DNA of 64,000 nt from an uncultured Candidatus Saccharibacteria bacterium (GTDB taxonomy: Bacteria; Patescibacteriota; Saccharimonadia; Saccharimonadales; Saccharimonadaceae). The notes below the pieces were generated by a model that saw only the letters and a list, made by a program, of their open reading frames with translations, did not search any database and had not been told where the DNA came from. Location of the stretch: positions 1,354 to 65,353 of the forward strand of contig CANOTH010000002.1 in assembly GCA_947570505.1 (NCBI GenBank), in the 5' to 3' direction. Positions 48,462-57,551 of this stretch are shown here, one piece after another (positions within the stretch are counted from its first letter, which is position 1; each line of letters opens with the position of its first letter). A program made the translations under genes and the position numbers.

Positions 48462-48716
48462 CTAGTATACCAAACAGCGGACGGGGAGACCATACCAACG
48501 CGTACCATAATATGATGGGTTAACACCTGAGGCACTGAAGCGCAGAAAGATTCCTGTGGCTTTAAAAATATCGTCAATGTAGTCGACGGCAACACTGGGC
48601 AGACCATATCCATGGCTACCAAAAGTTGCTGGCAATCCCGTTACAACGAACAAATCTATATACCCGCTACGGACGAAGTAAAGAGGCTCTCTAGCTATAT
48701 TATAGCTACTATTCAT
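48462..48716 (-). repeat. DGR variable-region-like cassette 3 (84 aa mini-ORF or remnant)
   Basis: PLYFVRSG...GLPVRCLVY*; same terminal DNA motifs as the other copies; 12 bp inverted repeat at 48718-48770 upstream. Confidence 0.78.
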
Positions 48717-48854
48717 TAGAATAACCTTTCTTCTTAGTTTGTATGCGCTACTAATTATAAAGGTTATTCTTTTATTTGTAGTTATTTCTTTCTGGATTCG
48801 TTAAGGAAACCGAAGTTTAATGGATTATTCTAGATTTTGTGTTATAATTGTACC

Positions 48855-50153
48855 ATGAGAATTGCAATTACTTCGGATCTTTACTATCCCATGACCAATG
48901 GGGTGGCGGTATTTGCACATAATTTAGCTCGGGGCCTGGCGAAACAGGGGCATGAAGTGATGGTGATTTGCCCAAGCTTTAATGGTAAACAGCATCGTGA
49001 GAAACGGGATGGGGTGACAACTTTTTATTTGCGTTCGATTCGCTTTCCGTTTTATCCAGATCAGATTAATGATATTCCGGAGGCTAAGGAGTTTATGGGT
49101 AAGACTTTGCCGCGGTTGGCTTATCGGCATGGACTTTGGATTACCGTGGATCCGTATCCGACGATCAAGAAAGTTCTGAATAAGTTTCATCCGGATGTGA
49201 TTCATAATCAGACGGCAGAAATGGTGGCAATTGCTGTGCGTCGCTATGCAAAAAAATACAATGTGCCGCTGGTGAGTACTGGTCATGCTTATCCGGATAA
49301 TATTACTAGCCAGCTGAAGATTCTCAGACCAATTAAGCGGCCGCTGGATGCGGTTTTGCGGGTGTATATGGCGAGTTTTTTGAAGCATTCGGAGTATGCT
49401 ACTATGCCTACGGAGATGGCGATTGATGATTTGGTACCGAAGAAACGTAGACATTTTCGAGTGACGGTGGAGCCGCTGTCGAATGGGGTAGATTTGTCGA
49501 AGTTTTCGCCGGGTAAAGCGCCGGAGCGAATTTATCGCAAGTATCATTTACCTAAGAATCGACCAATTGTATTGTATGTGGGGCGGATTGACCCAGAGAA
49601 GAGCTTGAGCTATGTGGTTTCGGCTTTTGCAGAAGTGGTAGAAAAAATACCAGATGCGGTACTGGTGTTGGTGGGTGATGGTACGGATCGGCAGCATTTG
49701 ATGGATCTGGCTGAGTCTTTGGGGATTCGTAAGTCGGTAATCTTCCCTGGCCGGATTATGCCGCCGGATGTGATGCAAATTTATCGGGTGGCAAAAGTGT
49801 TTGCGACTGCTAGTGAGACTGAGACTCAAGGCATTGTTTTGATTGAAGCGGCGGCTAATGGTTTGCCTTTAGTGGCGGTGGATGCTGGGGCGGTTCGGGA
49901 GCTGTGTCAACATAAGAAGAATGGTATTTTGTGCCAGCCGGGTGATGTGAACGAGCTAGGCAATGCCCTGGTGAAGATTCTGAAAGATCCGGAATTATGG
50001 CAAAAATATAGTGAACATAGTCTGGAAGTGGCAAAAAAACATGATTTGAATCGCACTTTGCAAAGGTTTGAAGAAATTTATGAGGAAGCGATTGTGCTAA
50101 AAGGCAAGCCAAAGCCGAAAAAGCCACATTGGTGGAATCAACCTAGAGCTTAG
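48855..50153 (+). CDS. Glycosyltransferase family 4
   Basis: NGVAVF, VGRIDPEK and ETQGIVLIEA motifs. Confidence 0.92.
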   Translation: MRIAITSDLYYPMTNGVAVFAHNLARGLAKQGHEVMVICPSFNGKQHREKRDGVTTFYLRSIRFPFYPDQINDIPEAKEFMGKTLPRLAYRHGLWITVDPYPTIKKVLNKFHPDVIHNQTAEMVAIAVRRYAKKYNVPLVSTGHAYPDNITSQLKILRPIKRPLDAVLRVYMASFLKHSEYATMPTEMAIDDLVPKKRRHFRVTVEPLSNGVDLSKFSPGKAPERIYRKYHLPKNRPIVLYVGRIDPEKSLSYVVSAFAEVVEKIPDAVLVLVGDGTDRQHLMDLAESLGIRKSVIFPGRIMPPDVMQIYRVAKVFATASETETQGIVLIEAAANGLPLVAVDAGAVRELCQHKKNGILCQPGDVNELGNALVKILKDPELWQKYSEHSLEVAKKHDLNRTLQRFEEIYEEAIVLKGKPKPKKPHWWNQPRA

Positions 50154-50161
50154 GGTTCGGA

Positions 50162-50902
50162 CTACCTTTTGAGAAAATCGATAATTACTGCAGCGGTTTC
50201 GTGGGGTTTTTCATAATTATGTAAGTGCCCGGACTCTGGCAAGAAAACAAGCTGAGCTTTGAGACCTTTCGCTAGTTTCTTGGTGTCGATTTTTTTAACT
50301 AATCGATCTTTTTCACCCGCGATAATCAGGACTTTTTTTCCTTCAAGGGGAAAGTCTGGAACGGCATAATTAGTAGTAAACTTAGTAACTTGGCTAAGCA
50401 TTTTTTTGCTTGGTGGACAATCATTGCTGCAGGCATGAGTGATCTGCAGAGATTCTCGGAACAAAGCTTTATTATGTCGGGGCACGAACAAGTACTGCGT
50501 AGTAACATAGTCGGAGACCTTAGTCGGCACAATACCGGCCAGGGGCGAAACTGCGCTAATTGCTTTAGAAGTTTTACGCGAAATCGGTGAGAGTAAGACT
50601 ATCTTATGATTAACTAGTTCAGATTTCAAGCTAGCAATGGCACTGGCAATAATAGAACCCATGGAATGCCCCACTAATACTGGACGATCTAGCTCGTGTT
50701 CAATAATATACTGAGCAAAATACTCAGCATATTTTTCAGGGCTATATTCAGTCAGATCTCGAGCTCCGGCGAATGGTGGGACGGCCGGAACATAGACTGG
50801 GTAGCCGGCTTTTTGTAAATCTTGGGCGATGGCCTCTAGACCTAAGGGCGAACCACGAAAGCCGTGCAACAGGACAACACTAGGCAGCTTTTGTCTCGTC
50901 AT
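50162..50902 (-). CDS. Alpha/beta hydrolase
   Basis: LLHGFRG, GHSMG, GEKD and GH motifs. Confidence 0.9.
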   Translation of the reverse strand: MTRQKLPSVVLLHGFRGSPLGLEAIAQDLQKAGYPVYVPAVPPFAGARDLTEYSPEKYAEYFAQYIIEHELDRPVLVGHSMGSIIASAIASLKSELVNHKIVLLSPISRKTSKAISAVSPLAGIVPTKVSDYVTTQYLFVPRHNKALFRESLQITHACSNDCPPSKKMLSQVTKFTTNYAVPDFPLEGKKVLIIAGEKDRLVKKIDTKKLAKGLKAQLVFLPESGHLHNYEKPHETAAVIIDFLKR

Positions 50903-51116
50903 TGTTTTCCTGTTGGGCAAGATCTGCTAGGGCTTTTTTGATAGCTGGGCGGTCAAAGCCAACAATGCGCATGCCATTGATTTCGGTAACTGGCACCGCT
51001 TGAATATCTGGCATGTTTGATGCGTCGATTTCTTCGTATTCTACACCTTGCTGGTCAAGCCAGTCCATGAGAGCATGGCAGTAGGGGCAAGTAGTGGTTG
51101 AATAAACTTTAATCAT
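50880..51116 (-). CDS. Glutaredoxin-like protein
   Basis: CPYC, VP and VGFD motifs. Confidence 0.9.
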   Translation of the reverse strand: MIKVYSTTTCPYCHALMDWLDQQGVEYEEIDASNMPDIQAVPVTEINGMRIVGFDRPAIKKALADLAQQENNDETKAA

Positions 51117-52321
51117 GATGTTTTCTCCTTTATATTATATTTTTTGGCAGCATCCATTTGTGGATCACGACTGTGATTAGCATCGTCATAGGTAAGCTCG
51201 ACTTCGACGTCTGGCTGGATGCCGTCGCCGTTAATGCTATTACCTTTGGGGGTGTACCAGCGAGCGGTAGTAACTTTGAGCATTGTATTATGAGAGAGAT
51301 TAAGTAAAGTCTGCACTACACCTTTACCGAAAGTTTTTTCGCCAATAATTGTAGCTTTATCGTAATCTTTGAGTGCGCCAGCAACAATCTCGGAAGCCGA
51401 GGCGGTGCCACCATTCACGAGCACGATAGTTGGCATGTTGGCTAGTTTAGCCTGACTCCGATTGGCATAGGTAGTGGTATTATTCATGTGAGCTCCTTTT
51501 TGGATTAAGACCGCTTCTCCGTCGATCCAGAGTGAGAGGAGATCCTTGGCGGCAGAGACATAGCCGCCACCATTACTGCGTAAATCAAGGATGACTTTTT
51601 TGATATTTTTACCTGGAAATTCTTCATTCACGATTTTCTGTACTCTGCTACCAGTATCGTTGTCGAATCTCGAAACAGTAATAATAGCCGTGTTACCATC
51701 ATATTCAGCATAAGCTGAGACGTTATTGATAGTTTCGCGAGTTAGCTTGAAACTCTTTTCTTCCCCGTCTCGCACTACGGTCAATTCCACTTCGGTGCCG
51801 GCTGCTCCGCGTAGCTTGTTTGCAATTGTTTCGGTAGATTCACTATAAACCTCTTCGCCATTCACTTTATAGATAATGTCGCCGGCTTTGACCCCCGCTT
51901 TACCGGCTGGGTTGTCTGGTAAAGTGCGAATCACTCGCACATAACCATCGCGCAGCCCCATTTCTATACCGATGCCAGCACCAACGTCACCATGTAGCAA
52001 AGCCTCGTACTCTTCAGCTTCAGTATCCGTCATGTATTCAGTATAGACATCCCCTATCGCTGCCACCAAGCCTTTTTTGGCACCCTCGACAATAGTCTTT
52101 TGGTCAATTTCGCCATCATAATTAGCTGCTAGAGTATTATAGACTTCGTCTAGAGCTGACCAATCATGTGTGGCGGCGGATTGAATTCCTAGATACGGTA
52201 AGAATTTCGGCGCAAAAACATTCCAAGCGATACCTAGCGCAATCCCAACTACCAAGGTAATCGCTCCGACAACAATAGTGCCGCCTAAACTAACTTTCTT
52301 TTCCTCCCACTGTTTTGCCAT
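51113..52321 (-). CDS. S41 carboxyl-terminal protease (CtpA-like)
   Basis: PDZ domain, DLRSNGGG, TASASEI and TFGKG motifs. Confidence 0.93.
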   Translation of the reverse strand: MAKQWEEKKVSLGGTIVVGAITLVVGIALGIAWNVFAPKFLPYLGIQSAATHDWSALDEVYNTLAANYDGEIDQKTIVEGAKKGLVAAIGDVYTEYMTDTEAEEYEALLHGDVGAGIGIEMGLRDGYVRVIRTLPDNPAGKAGVKAGDIIYKVNGEEVYSESTETIANKLRGAAGTEVELTVVRDGEEKSFKLTRETINNVSAYAEYDGNTAIITVSRFDNDTGSRVQKIVNEEFPGKNIKKVILDLRSNGGGYVSAAKDLLSLWIDGEAVLIQKGAHMNNTTTYANRSQAKLANMPTIVLVNGGTASASEIVAGALKDYDKATIIGEKTFGKGVVQTLLNLSHNTMLKVTTARWYTPKGNSINGDGIQPDVEVELTYDDANHSRDPQMDAAKKYNIKEKTS

Positions 52322-52328
52322 ATATTTA

Positions 52329-53084
52329 TTATAGCACGGTTTCTGTGGCAGGAACAATTTCCACTTCGGCTGCGAGTGCTAAGTGATCCGATAGTAAATC
52401 ATCTAAAGCCTGGAAATCGTTGACTTTAATTTGATCATTCACCAAGATATGATCGCAAGCAACTTGGCCATTATATTTTAAGCCTGATAAAGTATTATTA
52501 ATATGATATTCATCTGTTAAATCATGCAAGAAATCTAGCGCACGCATGGCCGGAGCGGCATGCACGAGATTTAGGTCGCCACACATCACAAGTGGCTCAT
52601 GATTATATCCTTGGACGACTTCTGCAACTTTCCGAAAAGCTTTGACACTCTCCTCATCACCCATTTCATTTGGTCTCCAGAAGCCATGATGATTAACAAT
52701 AATCATGCCAGTTTTTAGTCTAGCTACTTGAATGTTCAAACAATTAGCGGGCTGTTTGCCGAGGACAACATTTTCGCGATACTCTCCATGAATAAATTCA
52801 CTAGTCTGCATACTGAAGGGTATTTTGCTGAGAATTAGGTTGCCGAGCTCAAAACTGCCATCAGCAATTTTGCTGCTCCAATTCGGGGCAAAGAAGCTAT
52901 ATGGCATTCTGCTCGCTTTGATAATTCCAGATTTATCAAAACATAATCTAGACAGATGGGTTGCGGTATCTTCTGAGGCCATTACCTCCTGCATGCAGAT
53001 AATATCAAAATCGTTTTGCTCCAAAAAGCGACGTAAATTACCTTCGATTTTCCCCATCCAGACATTTAGTTGTAGGATACGCAT
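52329..53084 (-). CDS. Endonuclease/exonuclease/phosphatase family protein
   Basis: LNV, MQEV, GDLN, DHI and SDH motifs. Confidence 0.88.
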   Translation of the reverse strand: MRILQLNVWMGKIEGNLRRFLEQNDFDIICMQEVMASEDTATHLSRLCFDKSGIIKASRMPYSFFAPNWSSKIADGSFELGNLILSKIPFSMQTSEFIHGEYRENVVLGKQPANCLNIQVARLKTGMIIVNHHGFWRPNEMGDEESVKAFRKVAEVVQGYNHEPLVMCGDLNLVHAAPAMRALDFLHDLTDEYHINNTLSGLKYNGQVACDHILVNDQIKVNDFQALDDLLSDHLALAAEVEIVPATETVL

Positions 53085-53089
53085 CTGAT

Positions 53090-54244
53090 TTACCACATTT
53101 TTTGATCAAAATGGATATAACGATAGGCTGCAGGGTTGACATTATATCTAGCTCCGAAATCTCCTGGTAAACCGCTGGCCGAGCTAGAAGAATTATTATA
53201 CTCGGTGAGGTTGATGGTGCCATTAGCATTAATGCTTTCGACCCACATTACGTGTCCGTATTGACCAGCTGTATTGTAAGCGACAGTGTGTGGTGCAGGA
53301 TTATTATCTACGACGTAACCGAGACGTGAAGCCGTATTGCCCCAGTTTTTAGCATCGCCCCAGGCCGTGATATAAATTCCCCAGCGCTCTTTGACTTTCC
53401 AGCCGGCATAACTTGTACACTGGCAAACATAACCCCCGACTACGATATAAGCAACATTGTCTGCTGGACAGCGATCAGCCCAAGGGTAAGTATTATAACC
53501 TTCGCCTACGACACCACCACTGTTATATCGAGCGATTTCGGCAGCTATTTCTTGTTGCATGGTTTCGCGGGCGCTGGCAGCATCGCGTTCGTATGCCAAG
53601 GTATCGTTTTTATATTTTGCAATCAAGGCATTTTGTTGGTCGCGCTTGGTCGAAATCTCGCTGCGACTTAGCTCAGCGCTCGCAATGAGGGCATCAACAC
53701 TAGCTTTTTGCCTCTCTAAATCTTCTTTTAGTAATCTAACAGCTTCAGCAGATGCAGCAATTTGACTCTTGGCATTAGCTTGGCGAGCCTGTTTCTCAGC
53801 CAAATCACCTAGTGAGTCACTACCCGCAAGTAAAATAATTGCATCAGGCTCAGATTCAAAATGCATGTTAACTAATAATTTTGCTAAGGCATTTTGTTGT
53901 AGGCTGAGCTTGGCTTCGTTCTCGGTAATCTGGGCGGATAAGTCGCTGGCGATGGCTTGGTTAGCGGCAATTTGCGCTTCTAGTGAAGCGATCTCGGCTT
54001 CTAATTTTGCTACTTCGCCTTCCAAAGTTTCAGCATTTGCAGCGGCATTTGCAGCGGCTAAATCGGCGGCGGCTGCCCGGTCTGCGGCATCGCGGCAGGC
54101 TTGAGTAACACAGGCGACTGGATAAGCTTGAACAGACTCATTGTTATTGGTAATCAAATAAGCACTAGTGAATACTCCAGCCAGTAGTACTGCGGCTACG
54201 AAGATTGTTCTCAAACCTATAGTTTTGTGTTTGTGCATTCTCAT
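53090..54244 (-). CDS. Coiled-coil + CHAP peptidoglycan hydrolase (PcsB/CwlO-like)
   Basis: Signal peptide, coiled coil, QCTSY...GHV..VE; lies next to ftsEX. Confidence 0.88.
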   Translation of the reverse strand: MRMHKHKTIGLRTIFVAAVLLAGVFTSAYLITNNNESVQAYPVACVTQACRDAADRAAAADLAAANAAANAETLEGEVAKLEAEIASLEAQIAANQAIASDLSAQITENEAKLSLQQNALAKLLVNMHFESEPDAIILLAGSDSLGDLAEKQARQANAKSQIAASAEAVRLLKEDLERQKASVDALIASAELSRSEISTKRDQQNALIAKYKNDTLAYERDAASARETMQQEIAAEIARYNSGGVVGEGYNTYPWADRCPADNVAYIVVGGYVCQCTSYAGWKVKERWGIYITAWGDAKNWGNTASRLGYVVDNNPAPHTVAYNTAGQYGHVMWVESINANGTINLTEYNNSSSSASGLPGDFGARYNVNPAAYRYIHFDQKMW

Positions 54245-54282
54245 GCTTATTATATATCATGCTTATGTTAAAAAGTAAAGTA

Positions 54283-55332
54283 CTACTTTAGGTATTTTTT
54301 GATAGCCAATCTAGCAGAAATTGTGCCTATTACCATGCCAATCAAAATCATTACGGCATAGACTGCTACTAACATATTAGTATCCATCAGCTTGCTAATT
54401 GCTGAGACGTCAATACCGTAGCCGGACAGATTCGGAGCCAAGAACCTAAATCCAGCCAATACTGCGGTAGTAGCGAGCAGCCCCGAAATCACCCCGCTGA
54501 TCTCGGCTTCGACCAGAAATGGCCCACGGATGAAACCAATATCCGCACCAACTAGCTTCATCATATGAATTTCTTCGCGGCGAGAAAAGATTGCCATGCG
54601 AATAGTATTGAAAATCACCAAAATCGAAATCACCAAGAAAATTGCTCCGAGAATCAGACCACCGTTTTTTGCGATTGTAGCCCATGAATTAATCGTTTCG
54701 ATCTCAGCCTGGTTGACATTATAAGTTGGCTCTTTTTCATTATCGAGATTTGCCTGGAAGATGGCATTGTTTTCGACAATATCTCGCACCCCATCAAGAT
54801 TATTAGGGTCAAGAACCTTGATACGCATAGTGGCTTGCATGGTATTAAGCATGAGCTCATACATTGTCTCATCCTCAAGGGCTGCCAATAGCTCAGCATT
54901 ATCAGCATTATCGTCCAAGAAATTCTTATATTCAGTTAACGAATCGGCAACCTCCACACTTTGGACATTAGGATCACCTTTCATAATCTCGGCCATACTA
55001 TTCAGTGTACTTTGCGGTGTACCGGGGCTGAAAAATATCGTAATATCAATCTTCTGGCGCATGGTATCAGCGGTAGCGGTCAGAATCATACTGGCAAAAA
55101 CGGTAATCATCAGAATGATTAGAGTAACTGTCATTACTAGGGTGGCGGCAATAGACAACCAAATATTCCTAGTAAAACTGGCGGCTCCGTATTTCAAAAC
55201 CCGAGTAGTATTGCGTACATGGCTCACACTGCTATTCTCAACCAAAGTCTTTAGATGGGCTTTGGTTTCTTTGCGTGATGGTTTATGTACTTCGCGATGA
55301 CCGGCTTCTTCAATAGACCTTTTATTAATCAT
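54283..55332 (-). CDS. ftsX: Cell division permease FtsX
   Basis: NTIRMAIFSRREEI..MKLVGA...FIRGPF motif. Confidence 0.9.
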   Translation of the reverse strand: MINKRSIEEAGHREVHKPSRKETKAHLKTLVENSSVSHVRNTTRVLKYGAASFTRNIWLSIAATLVMTVTLIILMITVFASMILTATADTMRQKIDITIFFSPGTPQSTLNSMAEIMKGDPNVQSVEVADSLTEYKNFLDDNADNAELLAALEDETMYELMLNTMQATMRIKVLDPNNLDGVRDIVENNAIFQANLDNEKEPTYNVNQAEIETINSWATIAKNGGLILGAIFLVISILVIFNTIRMAIFSRREEIHMMKLVGADIGFIRGPFLVEAEISGVISGLLATTAVLAGFRFLAPNLSGYGIDVSAISKLMDTNMLVAVYAVMILIGMVIGTISARLAIKKYLK

Positions 55333-55334
55333 AA

Positions 55335-56438
55335 CTATACTACCCTCTTCTGGCGCACTCTAGGGCTAGCCGGTTGGCGCCTGATCCCCTGCATCATGCT
55401 GGGGGCAGGTTTGAGCTTGACGGTCTGACCAAGACCGAAATCGCTAAGCCGGGGAGCCGCTTTGAGTGGGCGGCTAGCGGTATACCATTGATTAGCAGAA
55501 TCATGGGCGAATTTTTTGGTTGGTACAGGTGGCTTAGGTTGCATTGACGTCTTGGTGGCTTTCCCTCCTGTCGCCATATTAGTATTGCGCCGCGGAGCAT
55601 GCTGAATTTTAAGACCATTGTCTCGCACCGCTCGAGTATTTGTTCCTCCTGCGATTCTATTCGTCACCAGTGGGCTGCGACCAGTAATAATATGTCTACT
55701 GCCAGGTATCATGACTTTCTCTGTAACCTCAACTTCTGGTTCAGGCTGGCTTTCGAGACGATACACACCGTTCCGTTTTTGATCGTCAATAATGCGACCA
55801 TCTTTGAGGGTAATAACTCGTTTACTAAGATTATTAACGATGTTTTCATCGTGAGTAGTAACGAGCAGAGTGGTACCGAAATCGTTAATACGTTGCAAAA
55901 GCTCAATAATTTCTTGGCGCGTGAGTACATCCAAATTACCGGTAGGCTCATCGGCAATCAGAATTTTTGGTTGCCTTGCGACCGACCGAGCAATGCTAAC
56001 TCGTTGCCTTTCACCACCGGACAAGCAAGTGGGAAATTTGTTCGCTTTACTCTCCAATCCAACTAAGTCTAGAACTTTTGGTACAGTCCTAGCAATATCG
56101 CGACTGCTCATGCCAGCAATCTCTAGGGCAAAAGCAACATTTTCAAATACAGTGCGAGTGGGCAACAATTTATAATCCTGAAATACGACTCCGAGGCGGC
56201 GGCGATAGTGTGGAATGTGGCGCTTTTTGACGTAATCTAAATCAATACCGCCAATAATGATTTTGCCCGAGTCGGGCTGTTCTTCCTTAGTGATCATCTT
56301 GATCAGAGTGGATTTGCCAGCGCCAGATTTACCCACCAAAAAAACAAACTCGTGTGGTTCGATATGCAAAGAAACGTTATCGAGTGCGGGTTCTTCGTCG
56401 CCTGGATAGGTTTTGGTGATACGATCAAGCAATATCAT
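55335..56438 (-). CDS. ftsE: Cell division ATPase FtsE with C-terminal extension
   Basis: GKSGAGKS, VFQDYKLL, LSGGE and ADEPTGNLD motifs. Confidence 0.92.
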   Translation of the reverse strand: MILLDRITKTYPGDEEPALDNVSLHIEPHEFVFLVGKSGAGKSTLIKMITKEEQPDSGKIIIGGIDLDYVKKRHIPHYRRRLGVVFQDYKLLPTRTVFENVAFALEIAGMSSRDIARTVPKVLDLVGLESKANKFPTCLSGGERQRVSIARSVARQPKILIADEPTGNLDVLTRQEIIELLQRINDFGTTLLVTTHDENIVNNLSKRVITLKDGRIIDDQKRNGVYRLESQPEPEVEVTEKVMIPGSRHIITGRSPLVTNRIAGGTNTRAVRDNGLKIQHAPRRNTNMATGGKATKTSMQPKPPVPTKKFAHDSANQWYTASRPLKAAPRLSDFGLGQTVKLKPAPSMMQGIRRQPASPRVRQKRVV

Positions 56439-56477
56439 GCTATTATAATAGCACAAGCTCTATAGCTTTTCAATGTC

Positions 56478-57551
56478 TCACTGTTCTAAAAACGCATCAA
56501 TAAAGTCATCAATTTTGCCATCCAAGACACTCTCAGGATCTTTACTCTCGAATTTGGTGCGAGTATCCTTCACGAGTTTATAAGGTTGCAAGACATAGTT
56601 GCGGATTTGCTGTCCCCATTTGGCTGATTCTCCGGCTCGAAGTTTATCAATACTTTCAGCTTGTTGTTCTTGTTGCATTTGAGCAAGTTTACCACGGAGG
56701 ATTTCCATGGCTTTAGCTTTGTTTTGTAATTGTGACCGTTCATTTTGGATAGCCACTACTGTGTTAGTGGGCAGATGAGTAATACGCACAGCTGAGTTAG
56801 TAGTGTTGACACTTTGCCCACCATGGCCGCCAGAATGATAAACATCGATGCGGAGATCTTTGTTGTCAATCTTGACATCTTCTTGATTCTCGATAATAGG
56901 CAGTATTTCGACTAAGGCAAAAGAAGTTTGGCGCAAATTATCAGCATTGAAGGGTGATAATCGTACCAAACGGTGGACACCGTGTTCGCTTTTTAGCAGG
57001 CCATAGGCATAATTCCCCTTAACTTCATAAACTGCAGTTTTGATACCGGCTTCTTCGCCTGTACTGCGTTCAAGATTAGTAACCTTAAAGCCTCTATGCT
57101 CCGCCCATCTTAGATACATGCGCTCTAACATACCGGCCCAGTCCATAGCTTCGGTGCCACCTACTCCAGAGGTAATGCGCAAAATAGCATTGCCGCGATC
57201 ATACTTGCCGGTGAAACGTAGGGCTTTTTTTAGTTCTTGTAATTGGTCTTTTAGGGCTTGCAGTTGCTCCTCAAGTTCGGTGGCTAAATCTTCTCCACCA
57301 AGGTTTAATAGTTCATCCAGATCATCGACTTGGGCACGCAGGATTTTCCATGGTTCAATTTCGTCATTAAGATGAGCTAAGGTCTCGTTTTTTGTGCGAG
57401 CTTCGTCTGGGTTCAGCCAAATTTCTGGCTCGGCGACTGCAGCCTCCAGCTCGGCGGCTTGTTGTAGCTTTTGCTCAAGGTCGAGTTTTTTCCAGGCCTG
57501 CTCGACTTCGGTACGTAGATCATTAATGGTTTTTTTTAGTTCATGATTCAT
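56478..57551 (-). CDS. prfB: Peptide chain release factor 2
   Basis: SPF and GGQ motifs; continuous ORF. Confidence 0.95.
   Translation of the reverse strand: MNHELKKTINDLRTEVEQAWKKLDLEQKLQQAAELEAAVAEPEIWLNPDEARTKNETLAHLNDEIEPWKILRAQVDDLDELLNLGGEDLATELEEQLQALKDQLQELKKALRFTGKYDRGNAILRITSGVGGTEAMDWAGMLERMYLRWAEHRGFKVTNLERSTGEEAGIKTAVYEVKGNYAYGLLKSEHGVHRLVRLSPFNADNLRQTSFALVEILPIIENQEDVKIDNKDLRIDVYHSGGHGGQSVNTTNSAVRITHLPTNTVVAIQNERSQLQNKAKAMEILRGKLAQMQQEQQAESIDKLRAGESAKWGQQIRNYVLQPYKLVKDTRTKFESKDPESVLDGKIDDFIDAFLEQ

Noticed and set aside
6192-48716. CRISPR array or integron attC interpretation of the dispersed repeats
   Set aside because: Copies are kilobases apart, protein-coding and non-palindromic; no cas gene or integron integrase is in the window.
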